64,000 nucleotides of DNA from a virus (taxonomy: Duplodnaviria; Caudoviricetes): the IMG/VR virus record IMGVR_UViG_3300009095_000015, positions 10,260 to 74,259 of that record, one strand, 5' to 3'. The number at the start of each line of letters is the position of its first letter. The first letter of the stretch is position 1. Below, one piece after another: positions 9,745-18,577 of this stretch. The position numbers and the translations under genes were made by a program. The notes beneath the pieces are model-generated. The model had not been told where the DNA came from. It worked only from the letters and a program-made list of their open reading frames with translations, and searched no databases.

Positions 9745-11340
9745 TTAGGACGTAGCTTCAATGAAGCTAACTGCGGTAGACAATTGGCCGGTAGCAGCCA
9801 AACTGGTAGTGAAAAGGATGCGCTTCGCGTAACGAGTAGGCTGGATGATGTAAACCAGAATAACGTCACCGCTCGCGATAGTGTCCGGGGTATTAATCTC
9901 GGCATCGCACTTCACGCTGTAATCGTACAGGCCACGCTTGTTTTTCACGGGGCGCAGAATACGATCAACAATGTCGTAAAGTTGTTGCCACAGGATTTCG
10001 TCGTTCGGCTCATAAACGCCGATCAGTGCGGATTCCTTGGCAGTGCGCTCCACTCGGTTGATCAGGCGTCGCACCGGAACATCTTGCAACGCAGACTTTG
10101 CAGACTGCAAAGTAGAAGCGCCCCAAACGCAATAACCGTAACCAGAAACTTTGTGAATAAAGTTGCATTGGTTTTGGTCGAGCATATTGCGCTCGCCTTG
10201 GTCGTACTTATAACGCGTGCCCTCGATTTCATCGATAACACCACGCTGCACACCGGCAGGCGCAAACCACTCATCTGCCATGGCGTCACTTTGTGCGTAA
10301 ACAGCTGCCACGGCGCCGGAGCACGGAACGTAAATCTTCTGACCCTCGTCCGTAACTTCGAGAATATCAGGCCCGTAAAGAGTGCCGAACGATGTGTTGG
10401 CATTCAGCAGGTTGCGGCGATATTCCACAAACTTCGCTGCGGTCTGATACTCCACAGGAACGTCAAGGATCGGGATGCAGTCGCGACGGTCTTCGCACAG
10501 TTGGATCATACGCTGTTGGACAGAAATATCCGTGTAACCAGCGTTGATCAAAATGCGAATATCGTACTCATCGGGGTCGTCGAAAATATCCCAGCCGTTC
10601 AGGATATCGTAAGTTTCAACCTCACGCCCGTTGTCACCGAAAAGTAGATCGCCAGAAACCACAGCGTTAATGGTCCGGGTGGCACCCTTGGAACTAATCC
10701 AAAGCGGATGCTGTTCGTTCACACGAACGCGAACGCGAGATTCCGCCACTTCGAGTTGGTATGCAATATTGATTTGCTTACCGTTTTCGTTCTTGTCGCG
10801 CAGAGTTCCGCGATAGGTTTCTACAGGTACACTGTAGCTGCCCTCATAAACCTCAAGGATAAACTTTTCGTTATCCATGTCGTTTACGTCGGGGTACAGC
10901 ACCACACGAACATCATTGTTCCAAGTGCCGGGGTCTGCGGCGTAAATGAACATGATTTCATCGGGGTGCGAATTGTGCTCGGTTTCAGGCTCAAGATAGC
11001 CGCGCGTGGCTTTCTTGAAAGTGGCATACCCGTCTACAGTGCGGATAGAACCGGAACCATAATTGGCTTCCGTATCGACGCGCAGAAACCACAGTTTGCT
11101 CGACTTTTTCAGGAAACGTTCGGCACAAAAGTGCGCGAAAGTAAAGCTAGCATCGCGGCGTCCGAATTTACGACGAAATTCAGTTACGCTCGTTACCGGC
11201 ACAGGAACACCAACCTTGCCGCGTTTCGAAGGTGCAACGATTGCACCAATACTCGGGTACGTGATAGTAGGGCTAAAAGAATTGTCTTCCTCGCCCCCAT
11301 ACACACCCGCAGCGGTTTGATCACCGTTGTAGAGTGGCAT
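9745..11340 (-). CDS. tail sheath protein (T4 gp18-like)
   Basis: WFAPAGVQRG, VWGASTL, DVPVRRL and EPND motifs; 531 aa. Confidence 0.95.
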   Translation of the reverse strand: MPLYNGDQTAAGVYGGEEDNSFSPTITYPSIGAIVAPSKRGKVGVPVPVTSVTEFRRKFGRRDASFTFAHFCAERFLKKSSKLWFLRVDTEANYGSGSIRTVDGYATFKKATRGYLEPETEHNSHPDEIMFIYAADPGTWNNDVRVVLYPDVNDMDNEKFILEVYEGSYSVPVETYRGTLRDKNENGKQINIAYQLEVAESRVRVRVNEQHPLWISSKGATRTINAVVSGDLLFGDNGREVETYDILNGWDIFDDPDEYDIRILINAGYTDISVQQRMIQLCEDRRDCIPILDVPVEYQTAAKFVEYRRNLLNANTSFGTLYGPDILEVTDEGQKIYVPCSGAVAAVYAQSDAMADEWFAPAGVQRGVIDEIEGTRYKYDQGERNMLDQNQCNFIHKVSGYGYCVWGASTLQSAKSALQDVPVRRLINRVERTAKESALIGVYEPNDEILWQQLYDIVDRILRPVKNKRGLYDYSVKCDAEINTPDTIASGDVILVYIIQPTRYAKRILFTTSLAATGQLSTAVSFIEATS

Positions 11341-11373
11341 TATTCTCTCCTTTCTCCCGGAATTGGGATTACT

Positions 11374-11382
11374 TATAAATTA
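11374..11382 (-). promoter_or_regulatory. candidate phage late-promoter core (TAATTTATA on the coding strand)
   Basis: The same or a near-identical motif recurs about 20-60 nt upstream of several late genes (17712, 18121, 27223, 30731) and at 41430 and 60817. Confidence 0.4.
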
Positions 11383-11385
11383 CCG

Positions 11386-12726
11386 CTAAGACTTCAGAAT
11401 GTTGCATCGTACAACATTATCAGCACGCATCGTAATTGTCCCTGCAAACGACCCATTCAAAAAGAACTGACCATTTACCTTCATACGTACAGGCGCCGAT
11501 ACACCGCTGTCTGGCGTGCCTTCCGGTACACTTTCGACAATCTTCGGAAGGACAGTTACGTTTTTAACCGTGCCGATAAAATCAAAACTCACCACAGAGC
11601 CCGGCAATGTTACATTGGCGTCCACCTTCAGCTTGCCTTTGTAGGTTTTGGAACCTACGAAAGTCGGAGTGCATGCGACGATGTGCCGGCGAGTCGGATT
11701 GTACGAAGTTACTTCGATCTCAATCACGGTGGCCTGTGAGAAAGTTTCGAAACTGACTTCAATTTCCTGCCCAAATTCTACAGTCGCCGGAAGGAACACC
11801 TCTGCAATAGAGTCATCGGTTGCAACGCGAACGAAGTCAACCTTCACGTTAATATTCCCATCAGCATCTGCGGCATCGTAATTGATGGAAATAACGTCGT
11901 TGTCCGTCGCACTCAAAGCCAGCGGTCCGTCTTCGTATGTGAGCTGCACAGGGTTAAACTGATTGATTGGCTGTGTGACCGACTTTCCTGTGCGCTCGTT
12001 CGTCAACGTTACAAGCCCGCCGACGTGGTTTATTGCGTTGAAATTCACTACGCCACCGAACGGAACAAGCGGGGCAAATTCCAGACGGGTTTCCTTGCTG
12101 CTCTGCTCTGCAATAACAGCACAGAAAACAACGTTATTAGATAAACCGTCAGAGCTGTAAGGCTCTTCGTAAGTGATTTCAATGCGATCATTGCCGATGA
12201 CGTGCATCGTGTTGTCAAAGTCTGCGCCGGATTCTTCGGCGTAGCGTGTAACCATATAGCCACGATACTGCCCGCGCCCAACGCTAGCGAGCGTAACCCT
12301 TTCGGTCTCACCGGTTCGCAAGTTTAGGGCTGTTACAGAAATGAGTTTTGCGTGCATATCCTCATCATTAACATGAATGTAGAGGAACTGGCCCGGCTCG
12401 CAAACGTCGGTGCTGATAGAAGCGTCTTGGAACTTGGCTTCCGTACGAATTTCAGGTTCCGGGATTTCACCGAATTCAAGAAATTCCAATTCGATCTCTT
12501 CGGGGCAGTTGATCGACAGCAAATGATGTACGTCTTTCAGAACGTACGGTTTATCCGGGCCAATCGTCACGTCATGCTGAGCTGCCGTAGCTTCACCTGT
12601 TCGCGCTGAAACGGTCTGGCGTCCCGCACTAACACGGCGCACGCTATCTACGATGAAATGGCTGATCTGCGTGACAATGGTTTTGTTAGTTTGTTTGTAC
12701 TTGTCTTTGCTGCGCGTTGTGAACAT
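11386..12726 (-). CDS. virion structural protein with repeated beta-sandwich (Ig-like) modules
   Basis: Internal repeat N.RTG.(T/S)...D.I.I.Y seen twice; located between the tail terminator and sheath genes. Confidence 0.5.
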   Translation of the reverse strand: MFTTRSKDKYKQTNKTIVTQISHFIVDSVRRVSAGRQTVSARTGEATAAQHDVTIGPDKPYVLKDVHHLLSINCPEEIELEFLEFGEIPEPEIRTEAKFQDASISTDVCEPGQFLYIHVNDEDMHAKLISVTALNLRTGETERVTLASVGRGQYRGYMVTRYAEESGADFDNTMHVIGNDRIEITYEEPYSSDGLSNNVVFCAVIAEQSSKETRLEFAPLVPFGGVVNFNAINHVGGLVTLTNERTGKSVTQPINQFNPVQLTYEDGPLALSATDNDVISINYDAADADGNINVKVDFVRVATDDSIAEVFLPATVEFGQEIEVSFETFSQATVIEIEVTSYNPTRRHIVACTPTFVGSKTYKGKLKVDANVTLPGSVVSFDFIGTVKNVTVLPKIVESVPEGTPDSGVSAPVRMKVNGQFFLNGSFAGTITMRADNVVRCNILKS

Positions 12727-13404
12727 TTAGTCGTCTCCGTCATCATCAGCAACGTCACCTTCGGGGCCGACCGCAAAATCAAACTGAACCTTACCGAAGT
12801 TGTTGATCTTAGCGGTTTCCCGGACCACACCCGTGTAGGATTCGACGGTCAAATTTAAAACGATATCGTAACCGCTCGGATCGACTTCGTTTTCTCTATC
12901 GGCACGGGGGAACTGAATATCACCCTCGGACGTAACACGTACTTTCCAGTAAAGAGTGTCACTACCGGTTCGAATTTTGAAGTTTAAAGCTTCAGAGGCA
13001 AGCAGAGTCATTGACCGCAGGATGAAATTTGCGGATGTTCTAAAGTTATCCCCTACGTAGTGAAGTTCCATCCCAAACTTAATAGGGAAAAAGTAATACT
13101 TATCGACAGTAGAATTCGTACCGTTGATGTTGTAGGCAAGGCCGTGTCGACGAATCGTCTTCGGGTTTTGCGCGTCTTCCTTGAGACCTATGTTGTTGAA
13201 GGTCAGATAACAAAACGGGTACGCCGCAGTGTCGAACTTGTTACGCAGGGCCAGCTTAACGTCGTTATCCGTGACGATTGGTAATTCCGCAACGCCGAAA
13301 AACCGCTTCAATCCAGCACGAACGCCGGCCAGTGTCGCTAGAAAGGGTTCGCTACGGTCGTAAGTGGTTCCAATAAAATCGGACTTCACTAGAGGGTTTT
13401 GCAT
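12727..13404 (-). CDS. tail terminator/completion protein (gp15-like)
   Basis: YPFCYLTF and FPIKFGMELHY (P.....L.Y pattern); position between head and sheath genes. Confidence 0.55.
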   Translation of the reverse strand: MQNPLVKSDFIGTTYDRSEPFLATLAGVRAGLKRFFGVAELPIVTDNDVKLALRNKFDTAAYPFCYLTFNNIGLKEDAQNPKTIRRHGLAYNINGTNSTVDKYYFFPIKFGMELHYVGDNFRTSANFILRSMTLLASEALNFKIRTGSDTLYWKVRVTSEGDIQFPRADRENEVDPSGYDIVLNLTVESYTGVVRETAKINNFGKVQFDFAVGPEGDVADDDGDD

Positions 13405-13424
13405 GATTTTCCTCGTGGAAAAAC

Positions 13425-13460
13425 AAAAAAGGCCGTTTGCTTTTACACAGACGGCCTTTT
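13425..13460 (-). terminator. rho-independent terminator ending the head operon
   Basis: AAAAGGCCGT...ACGGCCTTTTTT. Confidence 0.8.
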
Positions 13461-13462
13461 CA

Positions 13463-13963
13463 TTACAGCTGGATGCGTATGCGGCCCGGCTTTACTTGCG
13501 AACTCGCCACGGCAACTAATTCGTTGTCGTCAAGATCATCGTAAACATCCGCAGCAACGGCTTCGATGTGCGGGTCGAGAATAATCTCGTCACCTTCGGT
13601 AAGGTAAGTGCGTTGCTGAGAAACAGCACTCGCAACAGCAACAACTTTCGCAAACGCTACTTGGTCGTTGCCGTGAAGCGACGGCGCAATGGTGTTTTCC
13701 GACGCAGGCACGCCCACGTGAGAATTAAGGCCCGGAGTAGAAATCGGGTGCTTATCCGTAACGTACGAATTAAACCCGTCAATTCCCATTCCGTCACAGC
13801 CTACGCTGGCAACTTCGCCGGAGCTACGTTGCGGCAGCATACCGTAAACGCAATCTTCAAAGTCTTGGCACTTTCGCGCACTGCGCAAAATTTCAAGCGC
13901 GAGTTCATCGCGATTTTCCTTAATTGCAAGTGCAGCGCATGCCAGCAAAGTTTTTACGTCCAT
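13463..13963 (-). CDS. putative head protein (166 aa) with AVAS motifs
   Basis: Follows MCP; strong SD (AGGAG); VAVAS occurs twice. Confidence 0.65.
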   Translation of the reverse strand: MDVKTLLACAALAIKENRDELALEILRSARKCQDFEDCVYGMLPQRSSGEVASVGCDGMGIDGFNSYVTDKHPISTPGLNSHVGVPASENTIAPSLHGNDQVAFAKVVAVASAVSQQRTYLTEGDEIILDPHIEAVAADVYDDLDDNELVAVASSQVKPGRIRIQL

Positions 13964-14026
13964 AACAACTCCTAGTTTTCCGAACGGTAACAGGGGCGCT
14001 CCTATTACCGTTGTTTTTCGGAGTTA

Positions 14027-15115
14027 TTAGGCGAGACGCACGCCCTTGGCGACCGAACGGCTGTTGGCCAGAACGAACGAGAAAGGTTCGCTCAGCAGCC
14101 AACCCTTGCTGGTGCTGCCTTCGTGGTTGGCGTTAGTCGGCTCGGAACGGATACCGCCACGGGTCGAGTAAGCAGCATGGTTTTGCGGATCGGCAACCAC
14201 GTAAATTTCGCCCGGATTCAGAACCTTCTGGTTCGGCTGACGGAAAGCATCAGTCAGCAGAGTCATACCGACCAGAGTACCGAGTTGGCCATTCAGGGCC
14301 AGATCGTACTTAGTGATCGGATCGAGGAAGGTTGCAAAATCGTTGGAACCGATAATGTCGGCCCAATAATCGTTGGAAATCAGGCAAGTGGTAGCCGGCA
14401 GGTTCCAGCCAGCAACAGCTTGACGCAGACGGCCGAGGTTTTTGGTGGTCAGTTCGCCGGCGATATATTCCAGCTTGTTGGTAACACCAACAGTCATATC
14501 GGCGGACTTTTTCCACAGGCGGTCTTCAGCAACCATGATTGCATTCAGGCCGTCGTTGTAAGCGTGTTCCAGCAGGTCGCCGTTGACTTGTTCCAGATCG
14601 AGAGTCGAAACGCGCACGTTGGCGATAATTTCGAATTCTTCCGGGTGGAAAACGCGCTGGCGAATTTGCTGATAACCGACACCGGTAGCGCTGGTGGCAA
14701 TTACGGCCATGGCGTCGTGAGACGGCATCGGAACGCGTTGCACTTCACCTTGACGCAGAGTGTTACCAACAGCGATCTTACGCAGGAAACCATCACGGTC
14801 GGCCTGATCGTAAATTTGCTGGGCAATGTTTGCACCCAGCGCAGTCCACTTGGACGGGTCTTGCAGGGCTTCGGCCAGCAGTTCACGACGGTCAGAAGCA
14901 GTGGCAACCATCTTTTGCGGCTGTTGCACGACTTGGCCGGAAGCAACGGCGGTCATCAGGTTTGCAATCTGTCTTACCAGATCGTTTTTGTCGTAGGCGT
15001 TGAATTCGCCAGTAGCGGACGACAGGGCCAGTTCGCGGCTTTTGCCGAAACGCAGGTCTTCGAGCGGTGCGCCATTGCTCAGCATCATACGGGCGCCCTT
15101 GACTTGATTGTGCAT
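14027..15115 (-). CDS. major capsid protein precursor
   Basis: 362 aa with strongly biased codons; HK97-like features (G.LG.L.GM.L.TD, VADP..H, GW...E.FS.VLAN.RSV.KG); follows the scaffold and decoration genes. Confidence 0.9.
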   Translation of the reverse strand: MHNQVKGARMMLSNGAPLEDLRFGKSRELALSSATGEFNAYDKNDLVRQIANLMTAVASGQVVQQPQKMVATASDRRELLAEALQDPSKWTALGANIAQQIYDQADRDGFLRKIAVGNTLRQGEVQRVPMPSHDAMAVIATSATGVGYQQIRQRVFHPEEFEIIANVRVSTLDLEQVNGDLLEHAYNDGLNAIMVAEDRLWKKSADMTVGVTNKLEYIAGELTTKNLGRLRQAVAGWNLPATTCLISNDYWADIIGSNDFATFLDPITKYDLALNGQLGTLVGMTLLTDAFRQPNQKVLNPGEIYVVADPQNHAAYSTRGGIRSEPTNANHEGSTSKGWLLSEPFSFVLANSRSVAKGVRLA

Positions 15116-15187
15116 TGTTTAATCTCCAAATCTTTCAGAAAGCGACGTGCGCTTTAAACTAACACGCCGCTATTTTCGTGTGGGTTG

Positions 15188-15925
15188 TTAGGCGTTGTTG
15201 ATCTTGATCGGCAGGGCGCCGTAAGCACCGGAGTCAGCCATCGGAACGCCGGTAACAATGATGTTCTTCAGCAGCGGACCAGTGCCGCCAACAGTCAGAC
15301 GACCATCAACGCCGAGGTTCGGGTGAATAACGTTAGACCAATCAACAGAGGCGTCGTAATAAGTGGTAGCCAGTTCACCACGAATTACACAACCGATAAT
15401 TTCTTGCACGCTGGACGGCAGGCCACCAATCGGAGTATCACCGATAATGGTACGTGCTTCGCTCAGGGTGGGTTCGTAAATGGCCTGTACGTAAACTTCC
15501 GCACCTTGGTCGCCCGGAACAGCAGGCAGTTCGCCAGCGGCCGGAGTGCCGGTGAAGAAGAACAGCTTGCTGCCAACGAGTTGAACTTCGCCATTTGCTT
15601 CAGGAACGTCGGCGACGACAGTAGCAGCTTCACCGTTCAGGCGAACCAAAATTTGACCGGCAACCGGGATGCGACCGAGGTCAATAACACCGGATTGCGG
15701 AACAGTGCGATCCGCAATAACCAGCGGCAGGAATTGCGGCGGTGCGTTGCGAGTCATGGAGAAGCCGGCGAAAACTTCGTCAGCGGCACCGGTAGACGGG
15801 CGGACGTAAGCAACACCATTAATCTTCTTGTAAACCAGAGCAACACCTTCCTCTTGGATGATGACGCCCGGTTCTACTTGGCGGTGATCGGTTTCAAACA
15901 GACGAGTGAACTTATGCGAAAGCAT
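15188..15925 (-). CDS. head structural/decoration protein (245 aa)
   Basis: Lies between scaffold and MCP; codon usage like MCP; strong SD. Confidence 0.65.
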   Translation of the reverse strand: MLSHKFTRLFETDHRQVEPGVIIQEEGVALVYKKINGVAYVRPSTGAADEVFAGFSMTRNAPPQFLPLVIADRTVPQSGVIDLGRIPVAGQILVRLNGEAATVVADVPEANGEVQLVGSKLFFFTGTPAAGELPAVPGDQGAEVYVQAIYEPTLSEARTIIGDTPIGGLPSSVQEIIGCVIRGELATTYYDASVDWSNVIHPNLGVDGRLTVGGTGPLLKNIIVTGVPMADSGAYGALPIKINNA

Positions 15926-15938
15926 TGTGTATTTCTCC

Positions 15939-17684
15939 TTAGCGGCGCTGGCCGAAAGTCAGCGATTGCAGGCGGGACATGAAATCGCCGCCACTTTGAT
16001 TATTGGACGCGGTTGCGACGGTTTTCTGCGAAGGCTGCTCGTCAATTTTTGCCGGGCGGCCCACAACAACAGCGGAAGCGGTTGCAACGTGAGAAGTTTG
16101 CGTAATCGCTTGCGCCAGCTGGTTTTGGACTTCAAGTTCATAACCAGTAATGTCAGTTGCTTTTGCAATCAGCATCTTGTTGTAAGCGTCGCCATGTTCG
16201 GCGAAAGCATTTGCAACGATTTGCTCTGCGCCACGCAGACCGACAGCTTCCAGAGAGGAAGCCAGAGCGGCAATAATCGGGTTTTGCAGCGCGGGGAAGA
16301 AACCACGATTAATGCCCTGTGCAGCAGAAGCCAGAGCGGCTTCGTAGCGGCTACTGAGTTCGTTAGTGTCGCGCTCGGCTTCTTCACGAATTTCAGAAGC
16401 TTTCGCTTCGACTGCGCTCTGAATTTCAGCTTGCACATAATCAGCAACCTGCACGGTGGGCTTGATTTCCTCAAAACCCATCTCTTCCAGAGCAGTAGCA
16501 ACGCCGTGTTCGGAGGCCAGTGCTTTGAAAGCGCGTGCGAAAGTGCTATCGCTGAAAATGTCTTTCTTTTTGGTAGAGGACGCGGTTGCCTTAGCAAACG
16601 GCAGACCGTCATAGAAAGCCAGCCAAGTTTGATCGCCCTTGATGCTACCGGCGAAGGCAAGTTCTACGTTTTCAGGGGACATTTTGTCACCGGCGATGGC
16701 GACAAAAGAAGCAGCCACAGAAACCATTTTCTTTTCCTTGCGGAAAACACCACCGCGCTTGTTTTCGACGCCGCTAGACGCAAGGCTCAGCGACAGTTCG
16801 TCGTCTTCATCTTCGTCGTCTTCATCAGACTCTTCGTCGGAATCATCTTCCTCGGATTCATCTTCGTCATCGTCTTCGAAATCTTCATCTTCATCGTCTT
16901 CGTCGGACTCGTCGTCATCGGAAGCAGCGGCAAAGTTGGAAGGTTCGATCAGGCCCATGGAAGTTTCCGGGCAGAACAGCGGAGAGTCGTCGCTGCAAAG
17001 AACGTGCATTACGTCACCCGCTTCAGACGCGGTAGTAAAGTAATGTGCGTCAACGGTGCCGCCGTCTTGGGCGGAAGCCAGAGCAGTTACAGCCTGCGAC
17101 TCGTAGTCTTCTTCAGATTGCGCAGCAGCAACACCACGATAAACGTCGTATTGCAGAGGCTTGTTGGAAACAACCATTACGCCGTCGCATTCAGTGGCGA
17201 ACGTCTTGACGCTGCCATTCAGAATGCCACGATAAGCGTCGGTCACGCCTTCCTGAGAAGAGGCGAATGCGAGGATTACCTCTTGTTTTTTGGTCTTCAA
17301 GTCAGTGTCTTCCAATTGTTGTAGATCGGAAGCGCATGCGGGGCATTTTGCCAACATTTGCTCATCATCGACCAGCAAATGCGAGCCGCAGCCCGAAGAA
17401 CAAATCGCATAAAACACGTCAGCTTCGTCGCCGGGTTTGGCAGAAGCAACAGCAGTATGCTTGAATTCCTCGGGCGCAGTTACCATTTCTTCGCCGTCTA
17501 CAGGATTCATCAGTTGCTGACCTTCCACTTGAGCAGTGGAAACAACAAACGAACCATCTTGACTTCGAAGAGCGTAACCTTCACCGGAAGCAACAGCGCG
17601 GTAACGCTCTTGGGCTTCTTCCAGAGAATTAGCGGCAACGACAATCCCACGGTAGCGCGAGTTTCGTTTCATAGAAAGCTCCAT
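15939..17684 (-). CDS. prohead core/scaffolding protein
   Basis: 581 aa, Ala-rich, Cys clusters (CSSGC..CPAC; C..CP), ~35-aa acidic tract, helical C-terminus, upstream of MCP. Confidence 0.7.
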   Translation of the reverse strand: MELSMKRNSRYRGIVVAANSLEEAQERYRAVASGEGYALRSQDGSFVVSTAQVEGQQLMNPVDGEEMVTAPEEFKHTAVASAKPGDEADVFYAICSSGCGSHLLVDDEQMLAKCPACASDLQQLEDTDLKTKKQEVILAFASSQEGVTDAYRGILNGSVKTFATECDGVMVVSNKPLQYDVYRGVAAAQSEEDYESQAVTALASAQDGGTVDAHYFTTASEAGDVMHVLCSDDSPLFCPETSMGLIEPSNFAAASDDDESDEDDEDEDFEDDDEDESEEDDSDEESDEDDEDEDDELSLSLASSGVENKRGGVFRKEKKMVSVAASFVAIAGDKMSPENVELAFAGSIKGDQTWLAFYDGLPFAKATASSTKKKDIFSDSTFARAFKALASEHGVATALEEMGFEEIKPTVQVADYVQAEIQSAVEAKASEIREEAERDTNELSSRYEAALASAAQGINRGFFPALQNPIIAALASSLEAVGLRGAEQIVANAFAEHGDAYNKMLIAKATDITGYELEVQNQLAQAITQTSHVATASAVVVGRPAKIDEQPSQKTVATASNNQSGGDFMSRLQSLTFGQRR

Positions 17685-17734
17685 TTATAGCTGGGGACAT
17701 TGCCCCACAACTAAAAATTACCCAAAAGCAAAAA

Positions 17735-18100
17735 TCAACGCAGCTTCATAGCCAACGACCGAATCTTTCGAACAATCGATTGGTCACTATGATGGGCGGT
17801 TTCGCCTTTGTAATACAGGGTTTCGTTATTAACTCTCGAAAACCCGTTATATTGCCAGTAATCGTATTTGTCCTCTGTGCTGAATTCGATTTCAGCAACA
17901 CCTGCGTGAGAACTCAACGTCACCTTAATAGCGTGTTTGTCTTTAGCTCCAGTTTCTTCCTGAACAACCGCCGCCTTGACGAAGCCTTTAGCAATCAAAT
18001 CAATTGCGTTGATGTGATGGCTAATATGCTTAACATCCGTATTAATAGGTTGTCGTGATTCAGGTAAAGGAGCGCCGGCCAATGCAATGTTTACCTTCAT
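17735..18100 (-). CDS. leader-bearing putative internal head protein (121 aa)
   Basis: Starts MKVNIALAG; promoter-like motif and SD upstream. Confidence 0.7.
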   Translation of the reverse strand: MKVNIALAGAPLPESRQPINTDVKHISHHINAIDLIAKGFVKAAVVQEETGAKDKHAIKVTLSSHAGVAEIEFSTEDKYDYWQYNGFSRVNNETLYYKGETAHHSDQSIVRKIRSLAMKLR

Positions 18101-18138
18101 TGATTATCCCCCGTGCTACGTATAAATTGAACAAAAGC

Positions 18139-18177
18139 AAAAAAAAAGGCTCAGCATCCGGTTAAGGAAACTGAGCC
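18139..18177 (-). terminator. rho-independent terminator
   Basis: GGCTCAG..TCC/GGA..CTGAGCC followed by T9. Confidence 0.8.
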
Positions 18178-18272
18178 CAAAGTCACCAAACAATACCAAC
18201 ACCAAACACTAGGAGTTAGGTGCCTGCCTAGGGGCAAAAATGAACAAAACCCCAACACCTAACACTTTTAAA

Positions 18273-18569
18273 TTAGCGTCGCTTTCCTTTGGGTAAGGTT
18301 CTCTCCCGTTCCATACGCCCAAGCCAATTCTTAACGGAAACGTGCATTTTCTCCATATAATCAAACGGGTATTTGTGTGCCATATAGTTTTGCACGTTTG
18401 TTTGGTTTGCAAGCAGGGATTTAACCTTCGACTTCGGTAGATCGACCGCTGGGTAATCGTACCCGACCAAGCGAACACCGTCATGCTTATCTCGGGACGA
18501 CTTATCTCCGATCTTTTGATTTGCGTTTTTGTTTGCCTTCGGTTTCAGGCGTAGTTTTATCTTTGCCAT
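18273..18569 (-). CDS. small basic hypothetical protein (98 aa)
   Basis: SD GAGG upstream; Lys/Arg-rich termini. Confidence 0.6.
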   Translation of the reverse strand: MAKIKLRLKPKANKNANQKIGDKSSRDKHDGVRLVGYDYPAVDLPKSKVKSLLANQTNVQNYMAHKYPFDYMEKMHVSVKNWLGRMERERTLPKGKRR

Positions 18570-18577
18570 GTAAACCT

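Noticed and set aside
9784-17324. Long plus-strand ORFs (9784..10647, 10708..11739, 14123..15157, 15185..15982, 15906..17324)
   Set aside because: Antisense shadows of the codon-biased sheath, MCP and scaffold genes; no motifs or SD
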